A DNA stretch of 55,548 nt, filler included, from Stramenopiles sp. TOSAG23-3 (Eukaryota), in NCBI GenBank assembly GCA_900128585.1. It is 4 parts of 4 records of this genome, joined end to end, with 100 filler letters (N's around TTAATTAATTAA, not from the genome) between each part and the next. Parts side by side here need not be neighbours in the genome. Positions count along the whole stretch, not along the records: positions 1 to 25,664 come from LT642286.1; 3 more parts are not named here. The stretch is one strand, 5' to 3'. Shown in pieces: positions 10,946 through 22,430 of the stretch. The notes beneath the pieces were generated by a model that was given only the letters and a program-made list of their open reading frames with translations, did not search any database and was not told the DNA's origin. Position numbers and translations under genes: made by a program. The stretch's first letter is position 1. Each line of letters begins with the position of its first letter.

Positions 10946-12769
10946 ATGGATCCGAAAAAGACGGAGGAGTCCCCGAAAGCCCCCCCGCTGCCGCCTGCCA
11001 TCGCCAGCTTGAAACGACAGCGGAACGAGCAAAACTCTTTTGCGTGGTACCAGTATATGATTGTTCCAGAGACTATCAGGAACATAAACATATACAAACT
11101 GAACAAATTTCCGGGATTTGTGCCCGATGATTTCAACACGTTCCAGGACCAACTTCTGGCGTTGGGCGTCGCCAAGTTCATTGACGAAAGGGATCCACCA
11201 GAGTCTATGTCGTTGTCGGACATTGCTGTAAAATTTTATGCATACTTTGTCGGCCGTATGAAAACTGATAGGTTGTTGCACTTACTGACGTTTTCGTTTC
11301 TAAACGAAAGAATACCCCACGACATCTTAAAGAAGTTTAAATTCTTTGAGTGGAAAACCAACTCAAGCACGATAGGGATGACAGGGGCCAAGAAACAGGT
11401 GCAAATCAAGTTTACCAAGTTCTACAAGACTACGCCGTTCCATATCTCTGCCTCCCTGCGCGAGGTGTTCGTCAATTCTAAAAATTACTGGATATCCGGC
11501 AAGCGCGATCGATCGTTGAGCGGGGCCAAGGTAAAGGGTAAGAAATCTTCCTCGAAGAAGAAAAATGCGCTCGGGGAAAGCCCGCTCCTTTGCGAGCTGA
11601 AGTTTGACAAAGTGATCAACGAAGCGCGAGAAATGTTTGTTGTTTCCTGCATTCGAGCGGGAGTAGAAAAGGAGACCATTGCCAAATTCTGCGCCTCCCA
11701 ATTCCTTGGCAGACCAATCAAATCGTGGAACGAAATTCTGATGCCAGACCGAGCCGCCAGCCCGAAGATCTCCACCGTCGCTCTCGCCAGGGATCCATCC
11801 CCAAAGGTGGTCTCGCGCTGGGACTGGACGATGGACCCAAGAGATTATATTTTGAGAACGTGGCGCTTCATGGCGGGCGTGCCCAGCGCAGGCCCAGACA
11901 TGGTGTCCCTCGAACTGTTCCAGAAAGAGATCTTGAGAGAGTACGGCGCGGATGCAATATACTACGTAAAGGACTTTTACAACCCGAGCTTTGTTGATGG
12001 GTTAGTGTACGACCATCCGAAAATGACGGAATTGTTTGGGCCATACAAAGGTCGTGCAAAGCACCTCCTGGATTACTTTAGCTCGGAAAACATTTACGAC
12101 GTTTTCAAGTTCATGTTTAGTGGTGACAATTCCTTGCCGATTGCGTCAAGAGCGGTAACGGCTGAAGGCTTCAAAGTCGAAGCGCGTGCCCGTGTAGTAT
12201 TTTCGCCCTCAAAGCGTTATTTAGCGCTTGTTATTGAGTCTATAACGAACGTCCTTGAATTTGAAAATCCGCAAGAGTTCAAAATAGATGTCTCCAAAGG
12301 CATAAGCAATTCGTTCGCGAACAACGTTCGTGCGTACGTATATGAGTCCATTCGCTTCATGATGGGATATCCTGTAGATTCTGTACCTGATCCCACGTCG
12401 CTCGGGGTGTTTATCAATGATCTAAAGCAGTACAAAACGGACGGTGAACAGGCTATTTTATACCAAGTAATTGATCATCATTTGCCTCGCGACAAATCAG
12501 TGGTGTACGAATCTCCAAGATTCGAAGAACTGTTCGGGCCCCTGGCACGCCGGCACGAGCGATTGGAAAGCGCCCTTGACATTAATACAATTTGGAACGC
12601 CGGTAAGCAGATCTTCCTCGGCAAGGCATTCATGTTTAAGCTGAAAGTGAACACAATTGATAGTACCCGTCTCTGTATTTCGATATATTTTAAACGATCA
12701 ACTTGCGGAAGGTACCATGGACGGGTAATAGAGCTCAAAAAAACCGAACGGGTTGATGATGCGAAGTAA
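10946..12769 (+). CDS. Uncharacterised protein with two internally repeated PAS-like domains
   Basis: Internal repeat R.Y....RFM.G.P...PD..SL..F...AI.Y...VY..P...ELFGP; first copy ends in PAC-like TAEGFKVEARARVV...LVIESIT. Confidence 0.75.
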   Translation: MDPKKTEESPKAPPLPPAIASLKRQRNEQNSFAWYQYMIVPETIRNINIYKLNKFPGFVPDDFNTFQDQLLALGVAKFIDERDPPESMSLSDIAVKFYAYFVGRMKTDRLLHLLTFSFLNERIPHDILKKFKFFEWKTNSSTIGMTGAKKQVQIKFTKFYKTTPFHISASLREVFVNSKNYWISGKRDRSLSGAKVKGKKSSSKKKNALGESPLLCELKFDKVINEAREMFVVSCIRAGVEKETIAKFCASQFLGRPIKSWNEILMPDRAASPKISTVALARDPSPKVVSRWDWTMDPRDYILRTWRFMAGVPSAGPDMVSLELFQKEILREYGADAIYYVKDFYNPSFVDGLVYDHPKMTELFGPYKGRAKHLLDYFSSENIYDVFKFMFSGDNSLPIASRAVTAEGFKVEARARVVFSPSKRYLALVIESITNVLEFENPQEFKIDVSKGISNSFANNVRAYVYESIRFMMGYPVDSVPDPTSLGVFINDLKQYKTDGEQAILYQVIDHHLPRDKSVVYESPRFEELFGPLARRHERLESALDINTIWNAGKQIFLGKAFMFKLKVNTIDSTRLCISIYFKRSTCGRYHGRVIELKKTERVDDAK

Positions 12770-14051
12770 ATTAAATGGGGATAAGTATATGGGAAGATGC
12801 GACGGATGTGAAATAGCAAAAACCGAAAAAAGAAAGACCAAATGGAAGCAAAAGTGTAGGCACGTCTTGTGTGAGCTTTATTTTTTATCCTGAAAATTTT
12901 TTTATGTACACCGTTTGTATTTTAGGAAAGCATATGAATATACGAATCTCGTAACCGTCTAATAGTATTTTTTTTTGTATGAAAGACAAAACGCGAGAAA
13001 CACACTTTTTGACTTTTGCATCGGGTTGCTAAGTATATTTTAATTTTGCTTTTTTTTTTCTTCCTAAGATAATCAAAATTTTGATGGAGAGAGGAGGTTA
13101 CCCGATCCCCTCGGCACATCCCGACTTGTACGAAGTACTAGTACATTCTTGATAGGAGGAGGTGGAGAAATATTGGATTCTTCGGTTTTTCATTAGCAAC
13201 TGTAAACGCTGCTGTGTTTATCTATTACCAACTTGGTAACATAAAAGCACACCGGATTCAATTACTGGTAGGTGTTCGCTCGTGACGACTCGTGACAAGC
13301 CCTTTTTCGCTTTGTTAGATCTTCCGGTATTACCTAATCTGTAACCCTACGAGGTACTAGTCTAGTAAAAACTTGTCGAGCTGGCCAAACCCCCGTTGAG
13401 TAAAGGAAGCCTGCTGTACGAGGTATAATAGGGAAGATCCCCCTTATCGTATGTAATATTATACCATCCTACTATAAAATTGAGGATGAAAAACAAATTC
13501 ATTTTTAGAAGAGTTGCTTTTGAAGAAGAAGAAAATAATAATCGGTGTTTATACGGTGCTGTAGGGTAATATAAATCGATGATGAGCGTATAACTGCACC
13601 TTGGGTATATTTTTATGTCATTACAATACCGTACGTACAGGCACCAACCGGAACCTGGTATACCGGTAGTAGAGTCGTCTATTTATTTTATTATTTTTTT
13701 ATTATAATATTTATTTTTTTTTAAAAGAAGAAGAAGAAAAGAAGAAGAAGGACAGGAGAGAAGATCGAAACAACAACAACACAACAAGAAAAAAAAATAA
13801 TAGAATAAATAATAATAATAATAATAAAAAAAAAAAGCTGCTGCTCCTCGCGATTGATACTGTGAGAAAAAAAAACCTTCGTATTTTGAAACGTAGCGAT
13901 ACTTGTACAGACGCCAGTAACACAACAACCCTTGACATGGTAGTGATTTTGTGCAAAATGACTGTTATGGTTTAATAACTACTGTAAATAGTAATACTAC
14001 TGAATATTTGGTAACGCTACTTGCTTACACAGAAGAAAAGGTACGAAGACC

Positions 14052-14594
14052 ATGGCGCTTTCCCTTAATAAGGTGGTTCCGGGGGTTTCTTTAACTTTTG
14101 TGGGGGTCAATGCCCTGGCGTTTGTTTTGTACGGGGAAGATAAAACTGGTACGCCGAAATATGCTCGTCTTGGTCTTTTGTCGTGCACATTGTTAGACAT
14201 GTGCGGTTCTATGGTGCATTGGTTGCTGAAACCTATGGGTGGCCTGGAGCGTGTCGCCATGATGGATTTGGGTGCGGACACTGCTGTTAAGTGGTATTTG
14301 GGAAAAGTTCAAGCGCAAGAAGGTTTGCAGAGAGTTGTAAAATGCTTGGTTTACCTTTACGTATTTTTCCGAGAGCAGGGACACACGTTTAAAGCTCTAA
14401 GTCTCATTTTTCTTCACCAAATTGCCGAGATATGGACTCTATTTTACTATAAAAGGAACGGATTAAAAAACCTATTCAAGAAGGGAAGACACATAAATGC
14501 GCCTGGGCAAGCCCGTTGGACTATATTTTTAATGTTGTCCGGTATACCTATTTTTCGCGGGCTCCTCAACGGAGACTATGCAAAAAATATTTGA
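14052..14594 (+). CDS. Hypothetical multi-pass membrane protein
   Basis: 180-codon ATG ORF with several hydrophobic segments, bounded by AT-rich spacers. Confidence 0.75.
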   Translation: MALSLNKVVPGVSLTFVGVNALAFVLYGEDKTGTPKYARLGLLSCTLLDMCGSMVHWLLKPMGGLERVAMMDLGADTAVKWYLGKVQAQEGLQRVVKCLVYLYVFFREQGHTFKALSLIFLHQIAEIWTLFYYKRNGLKNLFKKGRHINAPGQARWTIFLMLSGIPIFRGLLNGDYAKNI

Positions 14595-15379
14595 TCGTTT
14601 ACATGGGATTTAGCTGCTTGAACAAATCACAATGTTCTTTTTTACACTACATTTTTTAATTAATTTTTGTTCTTCAATGGTCACAAAAATCTTTTTTATT
14701 TTTTTATATATTTTGTTGTTCGATTATTAGAATAAAATATATAAATACTACTACAGAAGAAGAGCCAGACAACAGAAGAGGAATAGGGAATAGGAGGAAG
14801 TGCGGTCACGAAAAGAATTGTATTAAAAGACACTAAAAAGTTGAAACGATTATATCTAAAAATAGATAGACGCGGTATTTTATTTAATGATATTATAGTC
14901 TATATGGTATATTCGTTATACAGTCCCCAACCACATATTTGTTAATTAAGGACAATGATTTTTACATTTCTATACAGCTCTTTTTAAAAAGTATATTATT
15001 TTATTGATAAACAAACCTATCCTTAATGTTCAAAGCAATCCGCAGCGATCCAATTTGAGTGATAAATGATAAGTATTAATCAATTGTATTCTCTATGACA
15101 GATGATAGGTATTATTTATTTATATTCAAATTTAACGATCTACTGCTGGTGGTCTTATTTAAAAAAAAAACTATGAAGTATATCTATATCGACACACTAA
15201 CTTTAAACCCGGTCAAGAACACTTGAAGCGATAAATGGGAGTTAATCATTGCATTTAATATTGTTTTTACAACTTATCCTTCTCCGAGAATTGAATCTTG
15301 TGCTGTATGTAAAATTCTTCATTTGAATGGGGAGAGTCGATTTCTAATCGAGTATCTTTGGATCTGGAATTAAAGGAAC

Positions 15380-16160
15380 ATGTCGAAAGTTGCCCCAGAT
15401 TATATCGCACTAGACGAAGAGGCGAAGGAGGCGAAGGAGGCGAAGGAGCCCAGTGCACCAGCACGACCCTCTCGGCCTTCGCGGCCAGTACGGTCGCAGA
15501 CAAAGGTGCAACCGACGAATGCGATCGTAGAAGAAGTGCCTAGTACAAATGATACTGTGGAACAATTAAAAAAAAATCTGTCGTCCCTGCCCCAGCCTGT
15601 AAAGAAAGTAAAGGAAACCCCAGTACTTAACCCAGTGATGGAAGTTGCCGTGGTTAAAGAGCCAGACACACCAAAGGCCCCCAGAGAAGAAGAAAAGGGG
15701 GACAATCCTGCAACTTCCTCTTTGACCGACCCGGAGAACCATGCGTCTAAAGGACAGGGGGAAACAACTCTCCAGAAGACTTTTTCTGTACGGAAATGAG
15801 GAGGTTAATGGCCTGTTGACACCAGATCAATTTCAAAAAATTGTCTCACAGTTTGAAGATCAAATGGTGCATAACATCATGGGCTCTCTCGGGAAAAACA
15901 TGGGCACTTTGATGTCAGCTGTTTTCGTTGCAGTGAGTGTTTTGCTTCTATTGTTTGGTTTCTTGTTTCTGGGGATATCTACATTTTCTACTGCCGGGGC
16001 ATTTAATGCTGGTACAAGTGGAAGCTTGTTCATGGGTCTTGGAAATGTGCTGAATGGAGATGAAGAAGAGGAGGAGGACGACGATGATGACGATGACGAT
16101 GATGGTGATGAGGGAATTGCGGAAGCAATCGCCGACAATATTGAAATGGTAGAGGGGTGA
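15380..16160 (+). CDS. Probably one frameshifted gene: P/E/K-rich N-terminus, degenerate EF-hand, TM segment, acidic tail (assembly error or pseudogene)
   Basis: ORFs 15380-15799 and 15741-16160 overlap in a +1 relationship near a G5 run (~15757-15761); the second lacks a convincing own start. Confidence 0.55.
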
Positions 16161-16377
16161 AATGAGGCTCATGCGCAGGATGATTTTACGGGTACTTGTG
16201 CGTTAAAATGAACTACAAGATCGTGATTAATTCTGTTTTAGAAAATTAAGAATTATCATAACTCTTTTTTAAAAGAAATTTTATAAATAATTCTTTAAAT
16301 ATTTTTTATAAGAACACATACTTGCAACACTGGTTTAAAAGTTTAAATCTTCTCCCTCTCTAGTCGAGACTACGGAC

Positions 16378-17124
16378 TTACGGAGTGTGCATCGACTGGT
16401 GTCGCCGCGGAATGAGCGGTGCTCTCGCCAAATTTAGCCTTCTGGTAATTACCATAGCATCGGTTCTATTGGTAGGAAGACCTGCGTCTTCGGAGAGCAA
16501 TTCTTTTTTCACCTGCTCTTTCTGCCGCAACGAGTACGTTGCGTTCCAAATCAGCACGGGCATCTCGCGCTGCTTATATATACGTTTCCATCCCTGACGG
16601 TAGCCCATCAAACACTTTGTACTTATCGGGAAAAGCGAGCAACTATCTCCCGGGGTTTCCGCGGGTTCGCAAATTTGTTCGGTTTCGGGTGTTCCGCTAT
16701 CTGGCATAAGGGTGGAAGTCTTTGGCGGTGGGGCATAAGCTAACAATTCCCAAGTGTCTAAATTCATGCTTTGGAGCACGACGTCCTTTGTTAAGGGGCC
16801 AACATGACTTCGAATTGAACCTGTTGGTATTGTTCTGGTCTGTTTGCTCGACCCAACTGCTTTCCCCACTGATCTGTCTCCCTTTCTTTTTCCAGATTTG
16901 TCAACCCCGTAGAAAAAACTTGGAACTTTAAAGTTCTCTGCAGACCGTGAATCACTTTGAGGATGCACTCCAAAAAAATTATCCGCTGGAAGATCCCCTT
17001 CATCGATCGGAAAAACTACCGCAACCCCATCCCTCGGAGCCCGAACTTTCTTACTTGGTAAATCTGGTTGCACATTCGCCGTTTTTGGACGACTCCGCTT
17101 CAAGGAGAGCCGTTTGAGTGGCAT
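16378..17124 (-). CDS. Hypothetical protein with basic NLS-like N-terminus
   Basis: 248-codon ATG ORF in a GC-richer block; MPLKRLSLKRSRPK. Confidence 0.65.
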   Translation of the reverse strand: MPLKRLSLKRSRPKTANVQPDLPSKKVRAPRDGVAVVFPIDEGDLPADNFFGVHPQSDSRSAENFKVPSFFYGVDKSGKRKGDRSVGKAVGSSKQTRTIPTGSIRSHVGPLTKDVVLQSMNLDTWELLAYAPPPKTSTLMPDSGTPETEQICEPAETPGDSCSLFPISTKCLMGYRQGWKRIYKQREMPVLIWNATYSLRQKEQVKKELLSEDAGLPTNRTDAMVITRRLNLARAPLIPRRHQSMHTP

Positions 17125-18039
17125 CTATCTTAAACAACCGTGCTGAATGTACTATAACTAATTTATTCCAGCCAACATACTAAAAGGACTGGTGTAACGA
17201 ACACATTATTTCAAGTACAACAAAAATCATAATGTACGTTTTAAGAAGCAAAGGAGCTACGATTAATTATTATATTAAAAATAAGAAAAGAAATAAATAA
17301 TATTATTATTGAAAAGAGATCAGTCATCATCATTTATTAATATTTAGTTTCGAAGAAGTGGTTGCTGTTTTTGAAAGCGCGTTCCGTTTGAAATGAACTT
17401 TCTATTCCATAGTGTGTCGTCTGATGATGTTCGGTATTTTTTCACTCGTACGACCCATATATTTCTTCTTCAAAAAATAATAATACTACGTAGTTTTATT
17501 TTTCAAAAATATAGAAAAAGAATGAATAGAGAGAGACTTATTACTAGTCTATCATACGAGATAATAATATCTAAAAAGCTAGAAGAAGACGAACCAATTA
17601 TAAATTAAAAATAAATTTTTAAAATAATAGGTGCACAACATCAGCTCTACTAACACAAATTACTTTTATTAAATTATATTATTTTTTTACGTTGTGCGTG
17701 GTTGGTTTAATTTTCGTCCTCCGTATTATTATTTTCTTTTATTATTATTTATTATTATCTAAAAAGAAGTATTTTTTTATTATCTTCATTTCCTATTAAC
17801 CAATTGAAGAAATGTTACTACTACCGGTAACTGTACTTGCATTTTTTGTTGTATTTTTATAACAACGACAATTACTTATTGATATTTATTATAATATGTG
17901 AAAGTGGAAAGAAGAAGATATTTTGTAGTTGCAATTCTTCTTCATCAGTGTTTGGACTCATACCATAGAGGTTCCCTTCCTTTTGTGGCATTTTCATACA
18001 TCTATACGGGAAACGACGTTGTAAATATTGACTGTTTCT

Positions 18040-18391
18040 ATGGGCATTTGCTGTTCTTCGGACGACAGTGTGTCCCAACCAGTTCAGCGGGGAAAGGGGA
18101 AAGGAAAGGGGCAGCAGTGGGGGGGGGGGTAAAGCACTTGGTGGGGGCGGCTCGATGACCAATGACGAACTTCGACTGGCTGCAACGAACGCTGCTGAGG
18201 CGAGAAGGTTGGAAAATGAGAAGTTGGGCGATCCTAATAAATTTAAGCGAGAGCAGCTCGTTGGAAAGATCCAGTCGTACTATGCATCTGCGGGCGTAGA
18301 CCCCCCGATCGGCCTTTCCGCTAGTCAAGACATTGGTGCCCTCAAAAAGCACTTAGAGCATGCAAAAAAGTTAGGGAAAACGAATTACTAA
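18040..18391 (+). CDS. Small dually acylated (MGICCS) SVIP-like protein, with a +1 frameshift in a G11 run
   Basis: ATG 18040 gives MGICCSSDD...QQWGGG-stop; the +1 frame continues KALGGGG...RLAATNAAEARR...YYASAGVDPPIGL to 18391. Confidence 0.7.
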
Positions 18392-18674
18392 GGCAGCGTA
18401 TTGATTTCGCTTACATTTTTCCTACTGCGTGCGTAAAAGCAAAGACAGATTTTTATGAATGACGTTTTTATATTTAGTTCACCCCAGGCCTCGTTTTGAT
18501 GAAATGCACAGACGAAGCACGGGCGGAAAATTTAAATGTACAATAGTTCACACGAAAAAGCTAAGAATTAAGAATTTAAAGTTCAGTTATCTATTACTCT
18601 CGCACGGTGGATGTGTATCATTATATATTTATGCTGTAACTATATAATTGTTTTTTTTATGCTGACTGCACTGG

Positions 18675-20546
18675 TTATAATTTCGGTTTATTCTTTTTCT
18701 TGTGCTTTTTTCCGCCCCGCTTCCCCCGCTTCCTCTTGCGATGGTTCGGGTCGGACTCGGTCGCTTTCTCAACCTTTTTCCTCGCCTGCACCCCCGCCAT
18801 CCAGCACCGATCTTTGAAAGGAACGCCAAGCAACGCCCCTTCCTCTGCGAAAGAAATTTTCTTTCCTTTCTTACTTTGCTGGGGTGAACCGCTCGAGCCC
18901 TCCTCGTTGCCCTCTTCGTCTCCACTGCTACTGCTCCAATCGCTCTGGTTGCCGTTGATGGGGAGGGTTGCCAAGTTGACGGCACCGCCGGAGTAGCTCA
19001 GCGGCTCCGCCAAGACGCCCTCGCCGGCTTCGGTTTTCTCGGCAGACTTGGCGCTGGGCTTGCTTTTCTTTGCCTTCCCCCCCCCGCTACCAGAGGCGCC
19101 GACAGTGGTGAGGGCTTTCAAGTGCTGGTCCACAGACTGCCCGTTGCTCTCCAAGAGTTGTACTAAACTTTTCGCCAAAAATGAATAGTTTCGGGTAAAG
19201 AAAGTGAAGGCAAACCCAGGTTCTCCGTTCCGACCCGTCCGACCCACACGGTGAACGTACTGTTCGAGGGAGCTGGACATGTCCCAGTTTACGACCACTT
19301 CGAGGTGTTTCATGTGGAGCCCCCGAGCGGCCACGTCAGTCGATACCATAACAGACACTTTTCCCGCTTTAAAATCGTTCAGGACAAGGGTCCTGGAAGC
19401 TTGGGGTAGTTTGCCGTGCAGAGCCCCTACTTTAAAATCCTGCTTTCGCAGAAACCCTTCGACGTACACGAGAGTCTTTATCTTGTTGCAGAACACCAAC
19501 ACTGGCGTAAGGTGGCGCTTTTCTGCGTCGTCGGCCCTCAGTTTGGTCAGAAACTTGATGAGCTTTTTTGACTTTTTGTGCTCGGCGCACACTTGCACCA
19601 GCTGTGTCACGGTGGGGCTTATGCCCATCTTAACGTCCCCGTTCCCCGAAAACGTCCCATCCGTCACGATCTCAACTCTCGGTTCCGCCACCCAGTTTCT
19701 TATCAGACTCGTCAATCGTTTCGGGAGCGTCGCGGAGAACAGAGAGATTTGGCAGGCCGTGCGAATTTGCCCTTTGATCTGAGCCAGTTGGTCCTCGAAT
19801 CCCAGTTCCAGCATGCGGTCGGCCTCGTCCAGCACGAGGTACGTCACGCGCCGAAGGCTCATCATGCCCACGGACAGTATGTCGATCAAGCGGCCAGGCG
19901 TGGCAACGACTATGTGGGTCCCGCTAAGGAGCGCGTCGAATTGCTCCTCCTTGCCCACTCCTCCAACAAGGGCAACTGCGTTTACATCAAATTTTCGCTT
20001 GAACGATTTCGCGACGACTGCAATCTGGAGTGCAAGCTCGCGCGTGGGCGATATGATCAGTGCTATTGGCCCTTGGTTCTTCCCAGAGTCTACTGGCTTC
20101 TGGGCGGCAATGTGCGGCAACGCCGGAAGCAGAAAGCCTAGCGTTTTCCCCGAGCCCGTGGGGGCGCACGCAACCACGTTGTTCCCCGAGAGCAACGCTG
20201 GCCACGCCTGACACTGCACGGCCGTGGGACGCTTCAGTTTCGAGAGTTTAAAGTACAACCGAAAAGTATCCGGGAGCCTCTGGTCAGTCACCGAGTCGAT
20301 TTTTACGCCATGCACTGGCCTCGTTTCGTTCAGCTTTGCCCGCCCTTCTCGCGGGCAGTTCGCAGGGAAGAAGCACCGTTGGAATGGGGCCCCAGCGTTG
20401 TTTTTCCACCCGTATTCTACTGGTTTTAAAATTTGTCCTTTGGACTTTTCCTCCACTTCCCTTTTCCGCCCCATAAACTCCCCCTTCACCTGCTTCATAT
20501 ATTTCTTTTGGCGCTTCTTCGAAGGAAGCCTTGACAAGTCCGCCAT
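18675..20546 (-). CDS. DEAD-box RNA helicase (Dbp2/Dbp3-like) with basic C-terminal tail
   Basis: Q motif PTAVQ, APTGSGKT, PTRELA, TPGRL, DEAD, SAT, TDVAARG, HRVGRTGR. Confidence 0.95.
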   Translation of the reverse strand: MADLSRLPSKKRQKKYMKQVKGEFMGRKREVEEKSKGQILKPVEYGWKNNAGAPFQRCFFPANCPREGRAKLNETRPVHGVKIDSVTDQRLPDTFRLYFKLSKLKRPTAVQCQAWPALLSGNNVVACAPTGSGKTLGFLLPALPHIAAQKPVDSGKNQGPIALIISPTRELALQIAVVAKSFKRKFDVNAVALVGGVGKEEQFDALLSGTHIVVATPGRLIDILSVGMMSLRRVTYLVLDEADRMLELGFEDQLAQIKGQIRTACQISLFSATLPKRLTSLIRNWVAEPRVEIVTDGTFSGNGDVKMGISPTVTQLVQVCAEHKKSKKLIKFLTKLRADDAEKRHLTPVLVFCNKIKTLVYVEGFLRKQDFKVGALHGKLPQASRTLVLNDFKAGKVSVMVSTDVAARGLHMKHLEVVVNWDMSSSLEQYVHRVGRTGRNGEPGFAFTFFTRNYSFLAKSLVQLLESNGQSVDQHLKALTTVGASGSGGGKAKKSKPSAKSAEKTEAGEGVLAEPLSYSGGAVNLATLPINGNQSDWSSSSGDEEGNEEGSSGSPQQSKKGKKISFAEEGALLGVPFKDRCWMAGVQARKKVEKATESDPNHRKRKRGKRGGKKHKKKNKPKL

Positions 20547-20826
20547 GCTTAATCAATACACACCACTATACAGTGCCCTCCTCCTGCTGCGCTGCTCACT
20601 ATAAAGCGGACTTGCCAGTTCGCTCGCGAGTGGTGGAATACTATATATATATAGTACGTTTATGCTCAGCACACTGTTTGATCGTTCCCTGTTTCAATGG
20701 TATAGTAAAAAATTCCTCTACCTCGTCTCTTTTTTTTTATTCCGACCCCGTAAGCTTTTATCAGAAAGTACAAACAATGAAGTCTTGTTTACTCTTTATT
20801 ACCAACCAACCAGCTGTAAGTAAATA

Positions 20827-20952
20827 NNNNNNNNNNNNNNNNNNNNNNNNNNNNNNNNNNNNNNNNNNNNNNNNNNNNNNNNNNNNNNNNNNNNNNNNNN
20901 NNNNNNNNNNNNNNNNNNNNNNNNNNNNNNNNNNNNNNNNNNNNNNNNNNNN
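20827..20952. other. Assembly gap (126 N)
   Basis: N run. Confidence 1.
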
Positions 20953-21261
20953 TTGTTTTTTGCTCGTTGTTGTTGGTTGTTGTTTATTATTTTTTTATGA
21001 TCGATGATGATGATGCGACGCGAGGAGGAGGAGGATGATTTATTTTGTTGTTGTTTGTTGTGTTTTGTTTGAATGTGAATGAGGAAAGAATTGCATTGTT
21101 GCATAGAATATTCATAAACATGTACTTAATGTAGATATCATCGTGTTAGTATTTGAAATGATATACGTACAATAAACCAAGTTCGTCTTTTCAACGGTTT
21201 TGGACAAACTCTGCGTTGTTGTAGTTGCGTGCTGTATAAACACTTTTGCAAAGAGGGCGGA

Positions 21262-22134
21262 ATGGAAACGTTGGCCAGGTTTGGGATCGCTGGGATGGCA
21301 GGCTGTGGTGCGAGTTGCTGTGTGCACCCGCTGGATGTGGTACGGATTAATCTACAGATTGACCAGGCAGGGAAAAAAGTTTACAAGGGAACGTTTCACT
21401 GCTTGTCGCACATATACAAGGAGGCGGGGGTGTCCGGGCTGTACGCCGGGCTATCTGCTGGCATGTTTCGACAGATCACGTACGGTATGCCTCGTATGGC
21501 TTTCGTTCCGATACTGTACGACAAGGCCCGGTCGCCCGGGGAGAAAAACTTGCCGCTGTACAAGAAGCTAATTTGCGGAGCCGTCGCCGGCGGCACGGCT
21601 TCTATGTTCGGCGTTCCCAGCGAGGTGTCGTTGGTTCGCATGTCAGGCGACCAGAAGCTTCCCCTGGCGCACCCGGACCGACGAAACTATACCTCCGTCT
21701 TCAACGCGCTCCGCCGAATAGCCAGCGAGGAGGGGGTTGCGAACCTCTGGAAAGGCGCGATGCCCACGGTGACACGGGCGATCCTGCTGAACATGGGGCA
21801 GATGCCTGTTGCATCCCAAGCAAAGGAATATTTCTCCGAAAACACCAGCCTCACGGGCATACCTTTGAAATTTTGTTCCGCGATGGTGGCATCCGTGTTT
21901 GCCGTTGGTTTCAGCTGCCCCGCCGACGTCGTGAAGAGTCGTATGCAGAACATGCAACCGGGGGAATACACAGGGTCAATAGACTGCGTGAAAAAGATGG
22001 TCAGGCTGGAAGGCCCGCTTTCTTTGTACAAAGGATACACTCCCGCCTTCATTAAGCTTGCCCCTCACACGGTAATTTCGTTCATCATTTTGGATTCGTT
22101 GTCCAAAATTATCCTTGGGAAGGAAACGTTGTAG
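21262..22134 (+). CDS. Mitochondrial carrier, 2-oxoglutarate/malate (dicarboxylate) type
   Basis: Three PxD/ExxxxR signatures (HPLDVVR, VPSEVSLVRM, CPADVVKSR), LYAGLSAGMFRQITY, RRNYTSVFNAL, KLAPHTVI. Confidence 0.93.
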   Translation: METLARFGIAGMAGCGASCCVHPLDVVRINLQIDQAGKKVYKGTFHCLSHIYKEAGVSGLYAGLSAGMFRQITYGMPRMAFVPILYDKARSPGEKNLPLYKKLICGAVAGGTASMFGVPSEVSLVRMSGDQKLPLAHPDRRNYTSVFNALRRIASEEGVANLWKGAMPTVTRAILLNMGQMPVASQAKEYFSENTSLTGIPLKFCSAMVASVFAVGFSCPADVVKSRMQNMQPGEYTGSIDCVKKMVRLEGPLSLYKGYTPAFIKLAPHTVISFIILDSLSKIILGKETL

Positions 22135-22430
22135 GAGGCCAATCGAGCTACGGCAACACGTTTTGATGTTTTACCTGGAAGACTTTGATCGCAGTTGTCG
22201 CGACCAAGGTGGGAATGAAGGGGTTTCATTTGAAAAGGGGTGGCAACCGTTCACCCCACAAGTTACATCAAAATTGTGATCAATCGAAACTTGTCATGAT
22301 TGATCAACATTAAAATCAAACGTTCTATGTCAATGAAAGGTGTAGTCGATAATAAAATTAATTCTTTGTATGATGAAGTCATTTTTGTCGTTCTTGTGGT
22401 AGTAGTGTCAATTTATTACCAAAAGTCTGC

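Noticed and set aside
15790-15805. AAA-TGA as a Euplotes-type programmed +1 frameshift site
   Set aside because: The protein-like EF-hand sequence is already in the +1 frame upstream of this stop, so the shift occurs earlier; no shared slippery motif among the three breaks
18675-18690. C-terminal PKL of the DEAD-box helicase as a PTS1
   Set aside because: It ends a Lys-rich nucleolar-type tail; likely chance
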